Assembly: GCA_964566135.1 (NCBI GenBank)
Contig: CAZMHM010000001.1
Span: 69,829-133,828, forward strand
Reading direction: 5' to 3'
Length of the DNA: 64,000 nucleotides
Source of the DNA: an uncultured Candidatus Saccharibacteria bacterium
GTDB taxonomy: Bacteria > Patescibacteriota > Saccharimonadia > Saccharimonadales > CAIOMD01
This document shows positions 21,980-31,432 of this stretch, in pieces. The position numbers were made by a program, and so were the translations under genes. The notes beneath the pieces were generated by a model. The model did no database searches. It saw nothing but the letters and a program-made list of their open reading frames with translations, and was not told the DNA's origin. Each line of letters starts with the position of its first letter. Position 1 is the first letter of the stretch.

Positions 21980-23500
21980 ATGGGGCAAGCGTTATACCGA
22001 AAATATCGGTCAAAAAAACTCAGTGAGATTGTCGGCCAAAAACCGATTACAACTGCCCTTGAACACGCCCTAGAATCTGGCCAAATTAGCCATGCGTATC
22101 TATTTACTGGGCCACGTGGCGTTGGTAAAACGAGTATTGCGCGTATATTAGCCCACGAGATAAACGGCATTACATATGAGACCGATGAGTTACCAATAGA
22201 TATTATTGAAATTGATGCCGCCAGCAACCGCCGTATTGATGAAATTCGAGACTTACGCGAAAAAGTGCGTATTGCGCCAGTTAGTGCCAAATACAAGGTC
22301 TATATCATCGATGAGGTGCATATGCTGACCCGTGAGGCATTTAACGCACTCTTAAAGACGTTAGAGGAACCGCCAGCACACGTCATATTTATTCTTGCTA
22401 CTACCGAATCGCATAAGCTACCAGAAACCATCGTGTCTCGCACACAGCGCTACAGCTTTAAGCTTGCCACCGAGCAAGAAGTTACCAATCATCTCAAGAC
22501 AATTGCCAAAAAAGAATCAATTGATATTACTGACGAAGCCCTGGCATTGCTAGCCAAACACAGTGGAGGCAGCTTACGTGATGCGCTCAGTCTACTTGAT
22601 CAAGTACGGCATAGCGCTACGCAAATTGATGCAGCGTTAGTACGCCAGAACCTAGGCTTACCATCGCAAGATCTCGTTACAGCGCTTCTTACCGCACTAC
22701 AGTCGCAAGAAACCAGTACAATTATTGACGCGCTCGAGCAAGCTCGGGCCGACGGAGCATCCGCAACTCTTATTGCCGAGCAATTACTACAAACATTACG
22801 TAGTAATCTCATTGCGCATACCTCAACGCTTGGCGTGGATGAAAGCTTGCAGCTCGCTCAGGCACTACTGCTAGTCGAGACATCATCACGGCCTGACATT
22901 CAGCTCGAAATAGCGCTGATTGGTGCGCAACTTTCGCGTCATAATTTAGGCAAACCGGTTGTTTCGCAAGCAAAGATGCAAACCGATCAACCGCCTCTTA
23001 CAATATCCGAACCTGCCAAACGCCCTGTGCGTAAACATCTCGACCAGCCAAAAAAAGAAGAATCAAAACAAGCTGAACCAGTTGCGACTACTACTGTTGC
23101 TAAAACGGAATCATCTGAAACCCATGAGATGAATGCAGAGATTTGGGCCGAACTGCTTAATAAACTACGCCAAACACATAATACGATTTATAGCATCTTG
23201 CGTATGGCGCAACCCAATTATGACAACCTAGGGGCAAAACAAATATCGCTCTTGTTTAAGTTTCCGTTCCATCAAAAACGCATGAACGAGGCAAAGAATA
23301 AACAAGTAATCTTAGATACGCTGGCTTCACTGGGCGTAACGGGATACGAGCTATTGTGTGATCTTATCCCTAAGGATAAACACGAGGAAATTCGTGAAGT
23401 AGAACTTGAACCATTTACCTACGAAACGCCGCCCGAGCAAGATAATGTTGTACTTAGCCAAATCCGTAGCGTCTTTGGTGGCGCAGAAGTGTTAGAATAG
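21980..23500 (+). CDS. dnaX: DNA polymerase III subunit gamma/tau
   Basis: YRKYRSKKLSEIVGQ, GPRGVGKTS, IIDEVHMLT, SRTQRY. Confidence 0.95.
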   Translation: MGQALYRKYRSKKLSEIVGQKPITTALEHALESGQISHAYLFTGPRGVGKTSIARILAHEINGITYETDELPIDIIEIDAASNRRIDEIRDLREKVRIAPVSAKYKVYIIDEVHMLTREAFNALLKTLEEPPAHVIFILATTESHKLPETIVSRTQRYSFKLATEQEVTNHLKTIAKKESIDITDEALALLAKHSGGSLRDALSLLDQVRHSATQIDAALVRQNLGLPSQDLVTALLTALQSQETSTIIDALEQARADGASATLIAEQLLQTLRSNLIAHTSTLGVDESLQLAQALLLVETSSRPDIQLEIALIGAQLSRHNLGKPVVSQAKMQTDQPPLTISEPAKRPVRKHLDQPKKEESKQAEPVATTTVAKTESSETHEMNAEIWAELLNKLRQTHNTIYSILRMAQPNYDNLGAKQISLLFKFPFHQKRMNEAKNKQVILDTLASLGVTGYELLCDLIPKDKHEEIREVELEPFTYETPPEQDNVVLSQIRSVFGGAEVLE

Positions 23501-23505
23501 ACCGT

Positions 23506-24879
23506 ATGGCCAAAGAGAGCAGTGCTGCCAAAATTCCACCACAAAATACCGATGCCGAAGCAAGCCTATTAGGTGCGATATTAATTGATAGTGATGCGAT
23601 TGTGCGTATCGCTGATTCAGTGCGTGTTGATGATTTCTACGACGAACGTCATCAGCGTATTTACGAGGCAATCAAAAAGCTGTACGAAAAGCACAGCCCA
23701 ATTGATGTTTTGACACTGTCAAACCAGTTAAAAGAAGATAGCTTTTTAGACATCGTTGGCGGCGCCTCATACCTCACAGACCTTACAAACTATGTTCCAA
23801 CCGCTGCCCATGTTGAGCATTACGCCGAAATTGTTTCACAAAAGGCTATTCGTCGGCGCCTGATTAAAGCCTCACAAGATATTACGGGCCTGGGATTTGA
23901 TGAAACAAAATCAGTCCAAGACCTTATTGAAGAAGCAGAAACACAATTATTTCAAGTAAGCCAGCAACACGTTAAGCAAGATATTTCATCTATCGAAGAT
24001 ATCTTGGCTGAGAGTTTTGAACGTCTTGATGAGCTGCACAAAGATAAAGGTAAAATTCGTGGCGTACCGACTGGCTTTAAAGACCTCGATAATATCTTGG
24101 CCGGCCTACAGCGAAGCGACCTTATTATTATCGCAGCCCGCCCAAGTATGGGTAAAACTGCGCTTAGTCTTAATTTGGCGCATAGTATTGCTACTAAGGC
24201 AGAACAGCCTGTACTTGTATTTAGTCTTGAAATGAGCAAAGAACAGCTGGTTGACCGTATGCTTTCAATGGAATCGGGAGTCGATGCATGGAACATCCGC
24301 ACGGGTAACCTAAGCGATGCTGATTTTGAAAAAATTGGTCAAGCTATGGGAACACTGAGCGAAGCACCGATATATATTGATGATTCAGCTGGTATTACCG
24401 TGAGTGACTTGCGTACAAAAGCACGCCGCGAACAACACCAACGCCAGTTGGGCCTAATTTTGGTCGACTACTTGCAACTTATGAGCGGTGGCGCCCGCTT
24501 TGGTGGTGATGGTAACCGTGTACAGGAAATTTCCGAGATTAGTCGTGGTCTTAAGGCCATTGCCCGTGAGCTTAACGTACCTGTCATTGCGCTTAGTCAG
24601 CTCAGCCGTTCTGTTGAATCACGTAGTCCGCAAATTCCGCAACTATCTGACTTACGTGAATCAGGTTCTATTGAGCAAGATGCCGACGTCGTGGCCTTTA
24701 TCTACCGCGAAGATTACTACAATCCAGATACAGATCGTAAAAATATTACAGATATCCTTATTAAGAAACACCGTAACGGCCCAGTGGGTAATGTCGAGCT
24801 GTACTTTGATAAAGACAAACAGCGATTTAAGAGTTTAGACAAACGTCAGGCAAGTTCGCACGTGCCCTTTGACGCATAA
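23506..24879 (+). CDS. dnaB: replicative DNA helicase DnaB
   Basis: PPQNTDAEASLLGAIL, Walker A ARPSMGKTA, SLEMS, IALSQLSR, RNGPVG. Confidence 0.95.
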   Translation: MAKESSAAKIPPQNTDAEASLLGAILIDSDAIVRIADSVRVDDFYDERHQRIYEAIKKLYEKHSPIDVLTLSNQLKEDSFLDIVGGASYLTDLTNYVPTAAHVEHYAEIVSQKAIRRRLIKASQDITGLGFDETKSVQDLIEEAETQLFQVSQQHVKQDISSIEDILAESFERLDELHKDKGKIRGVPTGFKDLDNILAGLQRSDLIIIAARPSMGKTALSLNLAHSIATKAEQPVLVFSLEMSKEQLVDRMLSMESGVDAWNIRTGNLSDADFEKIGQAMGTLSEAPIYIDDSAGITVSDLRTKARREQHQRQLGLILVDYLQLMSGGARFGGDGNRVQEISEISRGLKAIARELNVPVIALSQLSRSVESRSPQIPQLSDLRESGSIEQDADVVAFIYREDYYNPDTDRKNITDILIKKHRNGPVGNVELYFDKDKQRFKSLDKRQASSHVPFDA

Positions 24880-24902
24880 AACTGCTATACTATTTTCAAC
24901 GC

Positions 24903-26114
24903 ATGAAAAAGCATTATACTGCTGCCATTTCGTGGCTCAGCAATCATTGGCGTGGGGTAGTCGTAAGCATCTTATTATCGGTGCTTGCTGTGATTACCTT
25001 AAGTCTACAGCTTGGTACGCTAATACCTGGCCAAAACCAGTTTGAGACAAGTACGCTTGATAGTCTTACCAGTTTTCCAGTGCCATGGCACCGTGCAGTT
25101 AACGCGCCATACATGGTGCCTGCGTACTTAGTAGGCAAAGCAATAAGCGATCCATTACACGGGGCGCGACTCGTAAGTGTTGTCTATGGGCTCCTCTCAA
25201 CAGCTTTGATGTTCTACGTAATACGTATCTGGTTCAATATCCGGATAGCAACCGTTGGCGCACTGCTTTTTATCACAAGTAGTTGGCTACTGCATGTAAC
25301 GCATATGGCAACACCACTTATTATGCTGGTGTTCGCACCACTGTTAGCACTTGCGCCATTTGCGTGGTTTTTAAGAACAAAGAAATATAAAACACTGAGC
25401 TTTTTTGTACTAGTTGCTGCGCTTGCAGTTACGGCCTATATACCGTATATGCTCTGGATTGTTGCAATATCACTTGGCATACTCGTATTTTTCGAACGAA
25501 AATTGCTAACAGGATTAAAAACATGGCAAATTGTTACGGCAGCCTCGATTTACGGCGTTATACTGCTCCCACTATTTGTAAGCCTGGTGGGCCATCCCGG
25601 GCAGTTATACGAGCTACTTGGCATACCAAAGGTATTCCCATCGCTTCATACATACATCATTCATTTCTTGTATACAATTTCAATGATTGTATTTAGGGCT
25701 CAGCCGTTCCCAGAACTTAATCTTGGTGGGCTACCAGTACTCGATATCTTTAGCGCGGCAATGTTTGCGTTAGGCATTTATTACTTTGCAACGCGAATTA
25801 AAAGCAGGCGCAGTATTACGCTTTTTAGCTGCCTTGGTTTGCTACTTATTTTGGTACCTCTGGCTCCCGTATACCAACTCAATGCTACGATTTTAATGTC
25901 ATTCGTGTACATCTGCGTCATCAGTGGGGTGGTCGAGCTACTAAATCAGTGGTTCAGCTATTTCCCTCGTAACCCGTGGGCTCGCAACTTTGGCGTAGCT
26001 ATGGTTGTTATTGCTATTGGATTCGCAAGCTTTTATCACTTACAGCGATATTTTATTGCATGGCCAAATACCCCTGAAACAAAAGCCGTTTACGTGGTAA
26101 AATCTAAAGAGTAA
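24903..26114 (+). CDS. polytopic membrane protein (possibly GT-C-fold glycosyltransferase)
   Basis: About 10-11 predicted TM helices with a first extracytoplasmic loop containing acidic residues; the assignment is weak. Confidence 0.35.
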   Translation: MKKHYTAAISWLSNHWRGVVVSILLSVLAVITLSLQLGTLIPGQNQFETSTLDSLTSFPVPWHRAVNAPYMVPAYLVGKAISDPLHGARLVSVVYGLLSTALMFYVIRIWFNIRIATVGALLFITSSWLLHVTHMATPLIMLVFAPLLALAPFAWFLRTKKYKTLSFFVLVAALAVTAYIPYMLWIVAISLGILVFFERKLLTGLKTWQIVTAASIYGVILLPLFVSLVGHPGQLYELLGIPKVFPSLHTYIIHFLYTISMIVFRAQPFPELNLGGLPVLDIFSAAMFALGIYYFATRIKSRRSITLFSCLGLLLILVPLAPVYQLNATILMSFVYICVISGVVELLNQWFSYFPRNPWARNFGVAMVVIAIGFASFYHLQRYFIAWPNTPETKAVYVVKSKE

Positions 26115-26142
26115 TTTACGAGAGACAGGAAGGAAACCAATT

Positions 26143-26436
26143 ATGAGTAAAATTGATCAAGCTAAGATGCTTATGAAAGTTCGTAAACTGCAAAAAGAAT
26201 TGCAGAAAATGATTATTGACGTAGAAGCTGGCGACGGCGCAGTCAAAGTTGAGATTACCGGCGAACAAAAGATTAAGAAAATTCACATTGATCCAGAATA
26301 TGTCGACCTTGACGATATTGGTCAACTCGAACGCTGGGTTGAGGAAGCTGTAAAAGAAGCAATTAGTAAAAGCCAAAAGGTTGCAGCAGAAAAAATGCAA
26401 CCAATGCTTGGCAATCTCGGAAATTTGGGTCTTTAG
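26143..26436 (+). CDS. ybaB: YbaB/EbfC family nucleoid-associated protein
   Basis: 97 aa with MLMKVRKLQKELQKM...GDGAVKVEITGEQKIKKIHIDPE pattern; lies next to recR. Confidence 0.85.
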   Translation: MSKIDQAKMLMKVRKLQKELQKMIIDVEAGDGAVKVEITGEQKIKKIHIDPEYVDLDDIGQLERWVEEAVKEAISKSQKVAAEKMQPMLGNLGNLGL

Positions 26437-26459
26437 GTTTCTAGAACAGACGATACCGT

Positions 26460-27065
26460 ATGAATATACTGCCAAAAGCACTAGAGCAGGCAATTGAAGC
26501 ATTTGGCGCGTTACCAGGTGTAGGCCCGCGAACAGCTGAACGCTACGCGTACTGGTGCTTACGGCATGATAAAAACACCGTTGGCAAGCTTGCTGATTCG
26601 TTAGTCCATTTGCATGAGGGCATAGCGGTGTGTCCAAAAACCTTTGCACTCATCGATGCTTCGCAAGAGATTTCGCCATTATATAGCGATGATTCTCGCG
26701 ATAAAAAGGTAGTAGCAGTTGTCGCGGAGCCATTTGATATAGTCGCACTTGAAAAAATTGGTAGCTTTAAAGGCACCTATCACGTGTTGGGCGGTCTCAT
26801 TTCGCCAATTGATGGTGTTGGTCCCGATCAACTACACGTTCGTGAACTACTACAGCGCGTGGACGAAGACGGCATTACCGAAATTATTCTTGCAACCAAT
26901 GCCAGCGTAGAGGGCGAGACCACCGCAATGTACCTCCAGCAACAGCTAAGTGATAAAGACGTCAAACTGACACGGTTGGCACGTGGTCTGCCGATTGGCG
27001 TTGACCTAGAATATGCAGACCAAATAACGCTCGCTCGTGCCCTAGAAGGACGCACAAATATATGA
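26460..27065 (+). CDS. recR: recombination protein RecR
   Basis: LPGVGPRTAERYAYW HhH motif and Toprim region VVAVVAEPFDIVALE...YHVLGG. The Cys4 zinc-finger positions are mostly non-Cys. Confidence 0.85.
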   Translation: MNILPKALEQAIEAFGALPGVGPRTAERYAYWCLRHDKNTVGKLADSLVHLHEGIAVCPKTFALIDASQEISPLYSDDSRDKKVVAVVAEPFDIVALEKIGSFKGTYHVLGGLISPIDGVGPDQLHVRELLQRVDEDGITEIILATNASVEGETTAMYLQQQLSDKDVKLTRLARGLPIGVDLEYADQITLARALEGRTNI

Positions 27066-28060
27066 TTCCAAATATTCAAGAAATAAAGCAAGTAATCGAA
27101 ACCTCAAAAGACATCCTCATCATTCAAGCCGATAACCCGGATGGTGATAGTCTTGGAAGTGCCTTAGCGCTCGAACAAATCCTAGCAGATCTAGGCAAGA
27201 ATCCAAGCATGTATTGCGGTGTTGAAATACCTGATTATCTTAAATTTATGAGCGGCTGGGATAGGGTTTCAAAAGATATCCCGCATAAAATTGATGCGAG
27301 TATCATTGTTGACACTTCCGCGCATTTGCTTCTCGATCAGCTCGAGCATTCTAGCGACCTCACATGGGTAGCATCAAAGCCAGTCATCGTTCTTGATCAT
27401 CATTCGAATGTAGAATGTGATATTCCGTATGCAACAATAATAGTTAACCAGCCCAATTTTGCGGCCACGGGTGAACTTATTTATGATTTAGCCAAAGAAC
27501 TTAATTGGCCACTGGCTGTTAACGCTCAAGAGTTTCTAATGCAAAGTATCCTTTCGGATACACTCGGCCTTATAAGCGAAGCTGCGACAGCAAAAACGTA
27601 CATACGACTGAGCGAGATGATAGAGGCAGGCGTGAGCCGTACTAAGCTCGAAGAGTCTCGTCGCGCATTATCAAAAATGCAGCCAAGCGTCTATCAATAT
27701 AAGGCAGACCTTATTAAGCGTACAGAATTTTACGGTGATGGCAACGAAGTTGCAACAGTAACCATTCCCGAGGATGAACTCTATAGCATTGGCACGTTGT
27801 ATAACCCTGCGCCGCTTATTCTTAATGAGCTTACAATGGTAGAGGGCGTTCGAGTTGGAATCGTACTTAAAAAATACAAAGGAAAAATTACTGGCGCCAT
27901 ACGTTGCACCGACGGCGCAGGCATTGCACATACACTAGCCGAGAAGTTTGGTGGCGGTGGTCATCCATACGCAGCTGGATTTAAAATTGAAAAACCATTT
28001 ATTAATTTTGCAGAAATCAAGAGCGATGTTATTAGCGATGCGCTAGAATTGCTACAATAA
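27062..28060 (+). CDS. DHH-family phosphoesterase (NrnA-like oligoribonuclease/pAp phosphatase)
   Basis: DNPDGDSLGS, IVDTS, VLDHH and GGGHPYAAGF motifs. Confidence 0.8.
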   Translation: MIPNIQEIKQVIETSKDILIIQADNPDGDSLGSALALEQILADLGKNPSMYCGVEIPDYLKFMSGWDRVSKDIPHKIDASIIVDTSAHLLLDQLEHSSDLTWVASKPVIVLDHHSNVECDIPYATIIVNQPNFAATGELIYDLAKELNWPLAVNAQEFLMQSILSDTLGLISEAATAKTYIRLSEMIEAGVSRTKLEESRRALSKMQPSVYQYKADLIKRTEFYGDGNEVATVTIPEDELYSIGTLYNPAPLILNELTMVEGVRVGIVLKKYKGKITGAIRCTDGAGIAHTLAEKFGGGGHPYAAGFKIEKPFINFAEIKSDVISDALELLQ

Positions 28061-28068
28061 GTGTACGT

Positions 28069-29490
28069 ATGCTGAAGTTCTACAATACAAAGACAAGACG
28101 AATTGACGAATTCACTCCTATCAGTGATGGCACAGTGTTGCTCTATACCTGTGGCCCAACCGTTTACAATTATTTACATGTTGGCAACTGGGTCGCGTAT
28201 ATCCGTTGGGACAGCCTGGTTCGTACGCTGACTGCCAGCGGTTACGATGTTGTGAGAGTTATGAACATAACAGACGTAGGGCACCTTGTGAGCGATGCTG
28301 ATGACGGTGAAGACAAAATGGAAAAAGGTGCCAAGCGCGAAGGAAAGACAGCTTGGGAAGTCGCTAAAATGTACGGCGATGATTTTTTGGCCGGTATGGA
28401 AAAACTGCAACTGATTAAGCCAACATATATTACCAAAGCTACCGATTACATCCCCGAGCAACTTGCTCTTGTCCGCAAACTCAAAGAAAAGGGTTATACC
28501 TATCAAATTGATGACGGTATCTATTTTGATACAAGTAAGTTCCCAACCTATGCAGATTTTGCACGACTTGACTTAGACGAACTAAAAGAGGGAGCACGTG
28601 TAGACTTTAACCCTCAAAAGCGCAATGCTAGTGACTTTGCGTTATGGAAGTTTAGCCCAGCAGGTGAAACGCGCGATATGGAATGGGATACGCCTGTAGA
28701 TTTATTGGACGAAGCCGAAACCCGAAAAGGCTTTCCGGGGTGGCATCTAGAATGTAGTGCTATGGCCATGGATAAATTGGCAGAGACAATCGACATCCAT
28801 ACGGGTGGAATTGACCATATCCCGGTGCACCACACCAACGAGATTGCGCAAAGCGAAGCAGCGACAGGTAAGCCGTTCGCAAATTATTGGCTTCATAATA
28901 ACTTTTTACTTGTTGACGGAACAAAGGTGAGCAAAAGCCTGGGCAACACGTACGAACTAAAAGACTTAGCCGAAAAGGGTTTTACACCCGAGGATTTTCG
29001 CCTATTTGTATTGCAAAGCCATTATCAGAGCGAAAGTAACTTTACATGGGAAAACCTCCAAGGTGCCAAGAACCGCTTGCAGGGCTACAGGGCTATGGCT
29101 CAAATGCGTTTCCAGCCACAACTAGGCCAAGATGCTGTTGACTTTAATAGTGCATATCAAGCGATTCTACAGGCCTTCCAAGACGATCTTAACTCGCCAG
29201 TTGCCTTGCAAATACTAAGCGATGTCAGCAGCCGAGTGGATGAAAATGGCATTGCGGCAGGCGATAGCGAAGCATTTGAAACATTTCTTGTTAAACTTGA
29301 TGCACTTTTGGGCACAACACTATCCCACGAACAAGATATTTCTGAATCACAGAAAAAGATTATCGATTCACGCCAAAGCGCGCGCGATGCGAAAGACTGG
29401 GCTACTTCTGATACATTACGTGACGAACTAGCTAAAGATGGCATCTCTGTCCGTGATACGCCAGCTGGCCCTATCTGGTCACGAAAATAG
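28069..29490 (+). CDS. cysS: cysteine--tRNA ligase
   Basis: HVGN (HIGH-type) and KVSKSLGN (KMSKS-type) motifs, plus WHLECSAM zinc/cysteine-binding region. Confidence 0.95.
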   Translation: MLKFYNTKTRRIDEFTPISDGTVLLYTCGPTVYNYLHVGNWVAYIRWDSLVRTLTASGYDVVRVMNITDVGHLVSDADDGEDKMEKGAKREGKTAWEVAKMYGDDFLAGMEKLQLIKPTYITKATDYIPEQLALVRKLKEKGYTYQIDDGIYFDTSKFPTYADFARLDLDELKEGARVDFNPQKRNASDFALWKFSPAGETRDMEWDTPVDLLDEAETRKGFPGWHLECSAMAMDKLAETIDIHTGGIDHIPVHHTNEIAQSEAATGKPFANYWLHNNFLLVDGTKVSKSLGNTYELKDLAEKGFTPEDFRLFVLQSHYQSESNFTWENLQGAKNRLQGYRAMAQMRFQPQLGQDAVDFNSAYQAILQAFQDDLNSPVALQILSDVSSRVDENGIAAGDSEAFETFLVKLDALLGTTLSHEQDISESQKKIIDSRQSARDAKDWATSDTLRDELAKDGISVRDTPAGPIWSRK

Positions 29491-29565
29491 ATAAATTTTA
29501 CAGCAGGTGTTTTTAGGTATCTGCGGTAGAATAGTTTTTGACTGTAAAAATAAACAAGGTACTTT

Positions 29566-30630
29566 ATGGATACTACCGATACCGAATTAACGATGAAAGA
29601 CGAGTTAGCCACAGCAGAAGCTCCGGCTACGATAGAAAATAAAGCTGCAGACACAGCAGCCCTTGCCGACAACCAGGAAACTGATATTTTTGCGTGGGCA
29701 AATAATCTCGTGCAATATGTTGACGAGCTTAAAATTGACCTATACCTATTCAATAAGAATTATACTGTGTACCGCGCACAACTTTCTGGTGATGTGGCGA
29801 GACAACTCCGGCCGCTATTTTTAGATGATGTGCTTGAACATATCTTAAGTGGGATTGAAACCGGTCTTATCGTGCGTGATTTTGAAGCAGCCGAGAAAGA
29901 AGACGGCGTATTGCAAAAGACTCGAACAAGTAACGTACAGAAACTTGCAACCGTGCTCAACTGGATTCGCAACGAACAACATAATATCGAACTATTCAAC
30001 GATACAGAGCACGACTTAAAAAGAATCAAAGGTGTCGCTGCGCATTGCACGCATAAGGATTTGGCCAAAAGCTTCACTCTCATTAAAAACCTGCCGACAA
30101 GCCAAATAATGAAAGGGCCGACAGCCTGGACACTAACAGATAGCACGTTTAAACCCTTTGACACAATGACTGCCGTAAAAATCCCAGCTGAAAACCAGCT
30201 CCTGGTAATTGACCAAGACGTTTTTGTTTTTAACCAAACGCGGCTTAAACAGTTGTTTGGCTACGATGCCAAGGCAGCGAGCATTGCAGCTAAGAAAGTG
30301 GAAGAAATCGAAGCTAACTTTAACCTTACGTTCGCCGACGGTTTTGGCCTGCAAGCACTAGTTATGGATAAACCATCGACAATTAAAAAACTGCAAAAAA
30401 TAGAACCTAGCTTAATCAAGCAACAAGATCTTCTTGATCACGCTGAGGAGATGGGCATCGAACTTATGACTGATGACTCGGGTGCTATTATCATCATGGA
30501 CGGCAAAGATCTTGTGAAGTTCGTAAATCTTTTAAATGACGATTACGTCGAATCTAATATGACTGGGCAACGTTACGAGATTTTAAGCAAACGCCTGCTC
30601 AAGCCAAGTGAATCAGATAACCTGGTATAG
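29566..30630 (+). CDS. hypothetical protein, possibly DUF4868/KwaB-like
   Basis: About 350 aa. The central LLVIDQDVFVFNQTRLKQLFGY and C-terminal FVNLLNDDYVESNMTGQRYE resemble my recollection of DUF4868 (Kiwa KwaB) conserved blocks. Not verifiable here, and no KwaA-like partner is present. Confidence 0.3.
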   Translation: MDTTDTELTMKDELATAEAPATIENKAADTAALADNQETDIFAWANNLVQYVDELKIDLYLFNKNYTVYRAQLSGDVARQLRPLFLDDVLEHILSGIETGLIVRDFEAAEKEDGVLQKTRTSNVQKLATVLNWIRNEQHNIELFNDTEHDLKRIKGVAAHCTHKDLAKSFTLIKNLPTSQIMKGPTAWTLTDSTFKPFDTMTAVKIPAENQLLVIDQDVFVFNQTRLKQLFGYDAKAASIAAKKVEEIEANFNLTFADGFGLQALVMDKPSTIKKLQKIEPSLIKQQDLLDHAEEMGIELMTDDSGAIIIMDGKDLVKFVNLLNDDYVESNMTGQRYEILSKRLLKPSESDNLV

Positions 30631-30718
30631 CAATCATTTAGATATGCTATGATGTATCGAGAATTGTTTTCGAGGTTACATCAGAAAACACAATAATTAA
30701 TTATTGAGGGTATGTCAC

Positions 30719-31432
30719 ATGGCAAAATCAGCTGAAAAAATAGCAAAACAACCACTTAAAACCACAAAATACTATGACATTATTTTGGCGAGTTTTGTTA
30801 GTTTTTTGCTAATCTCAAATATTTCTGCAGTCAAGATTATTGATTTGCACGGCTTTCTTACCGATGGTGGCGCGTTATTATTTCCACTCACTTATATTTT
30901 TGGCGACATATTGACAGAAGTATATGGCTATCGGTATGCCCGCCGAGCTATCTGGACAGCTTTTAGCATCATGGCAATTGCCAGTATTGTGTTTTTACTT
31001 GTTGGCGCAGCGCCGGCCGGAGCAGAGTGGGGATTGCAGGATTCCTGGAACAACATTCTCGGCTTTGTACCGAGAATCGTGCTTGCAAGTTTAGCGGCAT
31101 TTTTGGTTGGTCAGTTTTTGAACGCTTTTGTACTTGCAAAACTAAAGGTGCGATTTGGTAAAAATAAGATGTGGGTTCGTTTAATCGGCTCAACAGTAGT
31201 TGGTGAGCTTTTTGACACCATGATTTTTACCCTCGTCGCGTTCACCGGTTCCGGATTTATGTCGGGGCCGCAAATGGTCAAGTTCATTATCCAGGGATGG
31301 ATATTTAAAACAATCATCGAGATTATCATGCTTCCGGTAACATATCGAGTAATTGCATACCTTAAGAAAGCCGAACATCAAGACGCTGTCGACAAAGACA
31401 CGAACTTTACTCCCCTTAGCCTTAAGGTCTAG
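30719..31432 (+). CDS. yhhQ: queuosine precursor transporter (YhhQ/VUT family)
   Basis: FPLTYIFGDILTEVYGYRYARR signature with about 6 TM helices. ATG 30719 is preferred over TTG 30704. Confidence 0.85.
   Translation: MAKSAEKIAKQPLKTTKYYDIILASFVSFLLISNISAVKIIDLHGFLTDGGALLFPLTYIFGDILTEVYGYRYARRAIWTAFSIMAIASIVFLLVGAAPAGAEWGLQDSWNNILGFVPRIVLASLAAFLVGQFLNAFVLAKLKVRFGKNKMWVRLIGSTVVGELFDTMIFTLVAFTGSGFMSGPQMVKFIIQGWIFKTIIEIIMLPVTYRVIAYLKKAEHQDAVDKDTNFTPLSLKV

Noticed and set aside
30631-30718. preQ1 riboswitch upstream of the queuosine-precursor transporter yhhQ
   Set aside because: I looked for the class I hairpin plus A-rich tail. GAGGTTAC...AAAACAC is superficially similar, but no complementary P1 3' strand exists, and I saw no class II or III architecture either.
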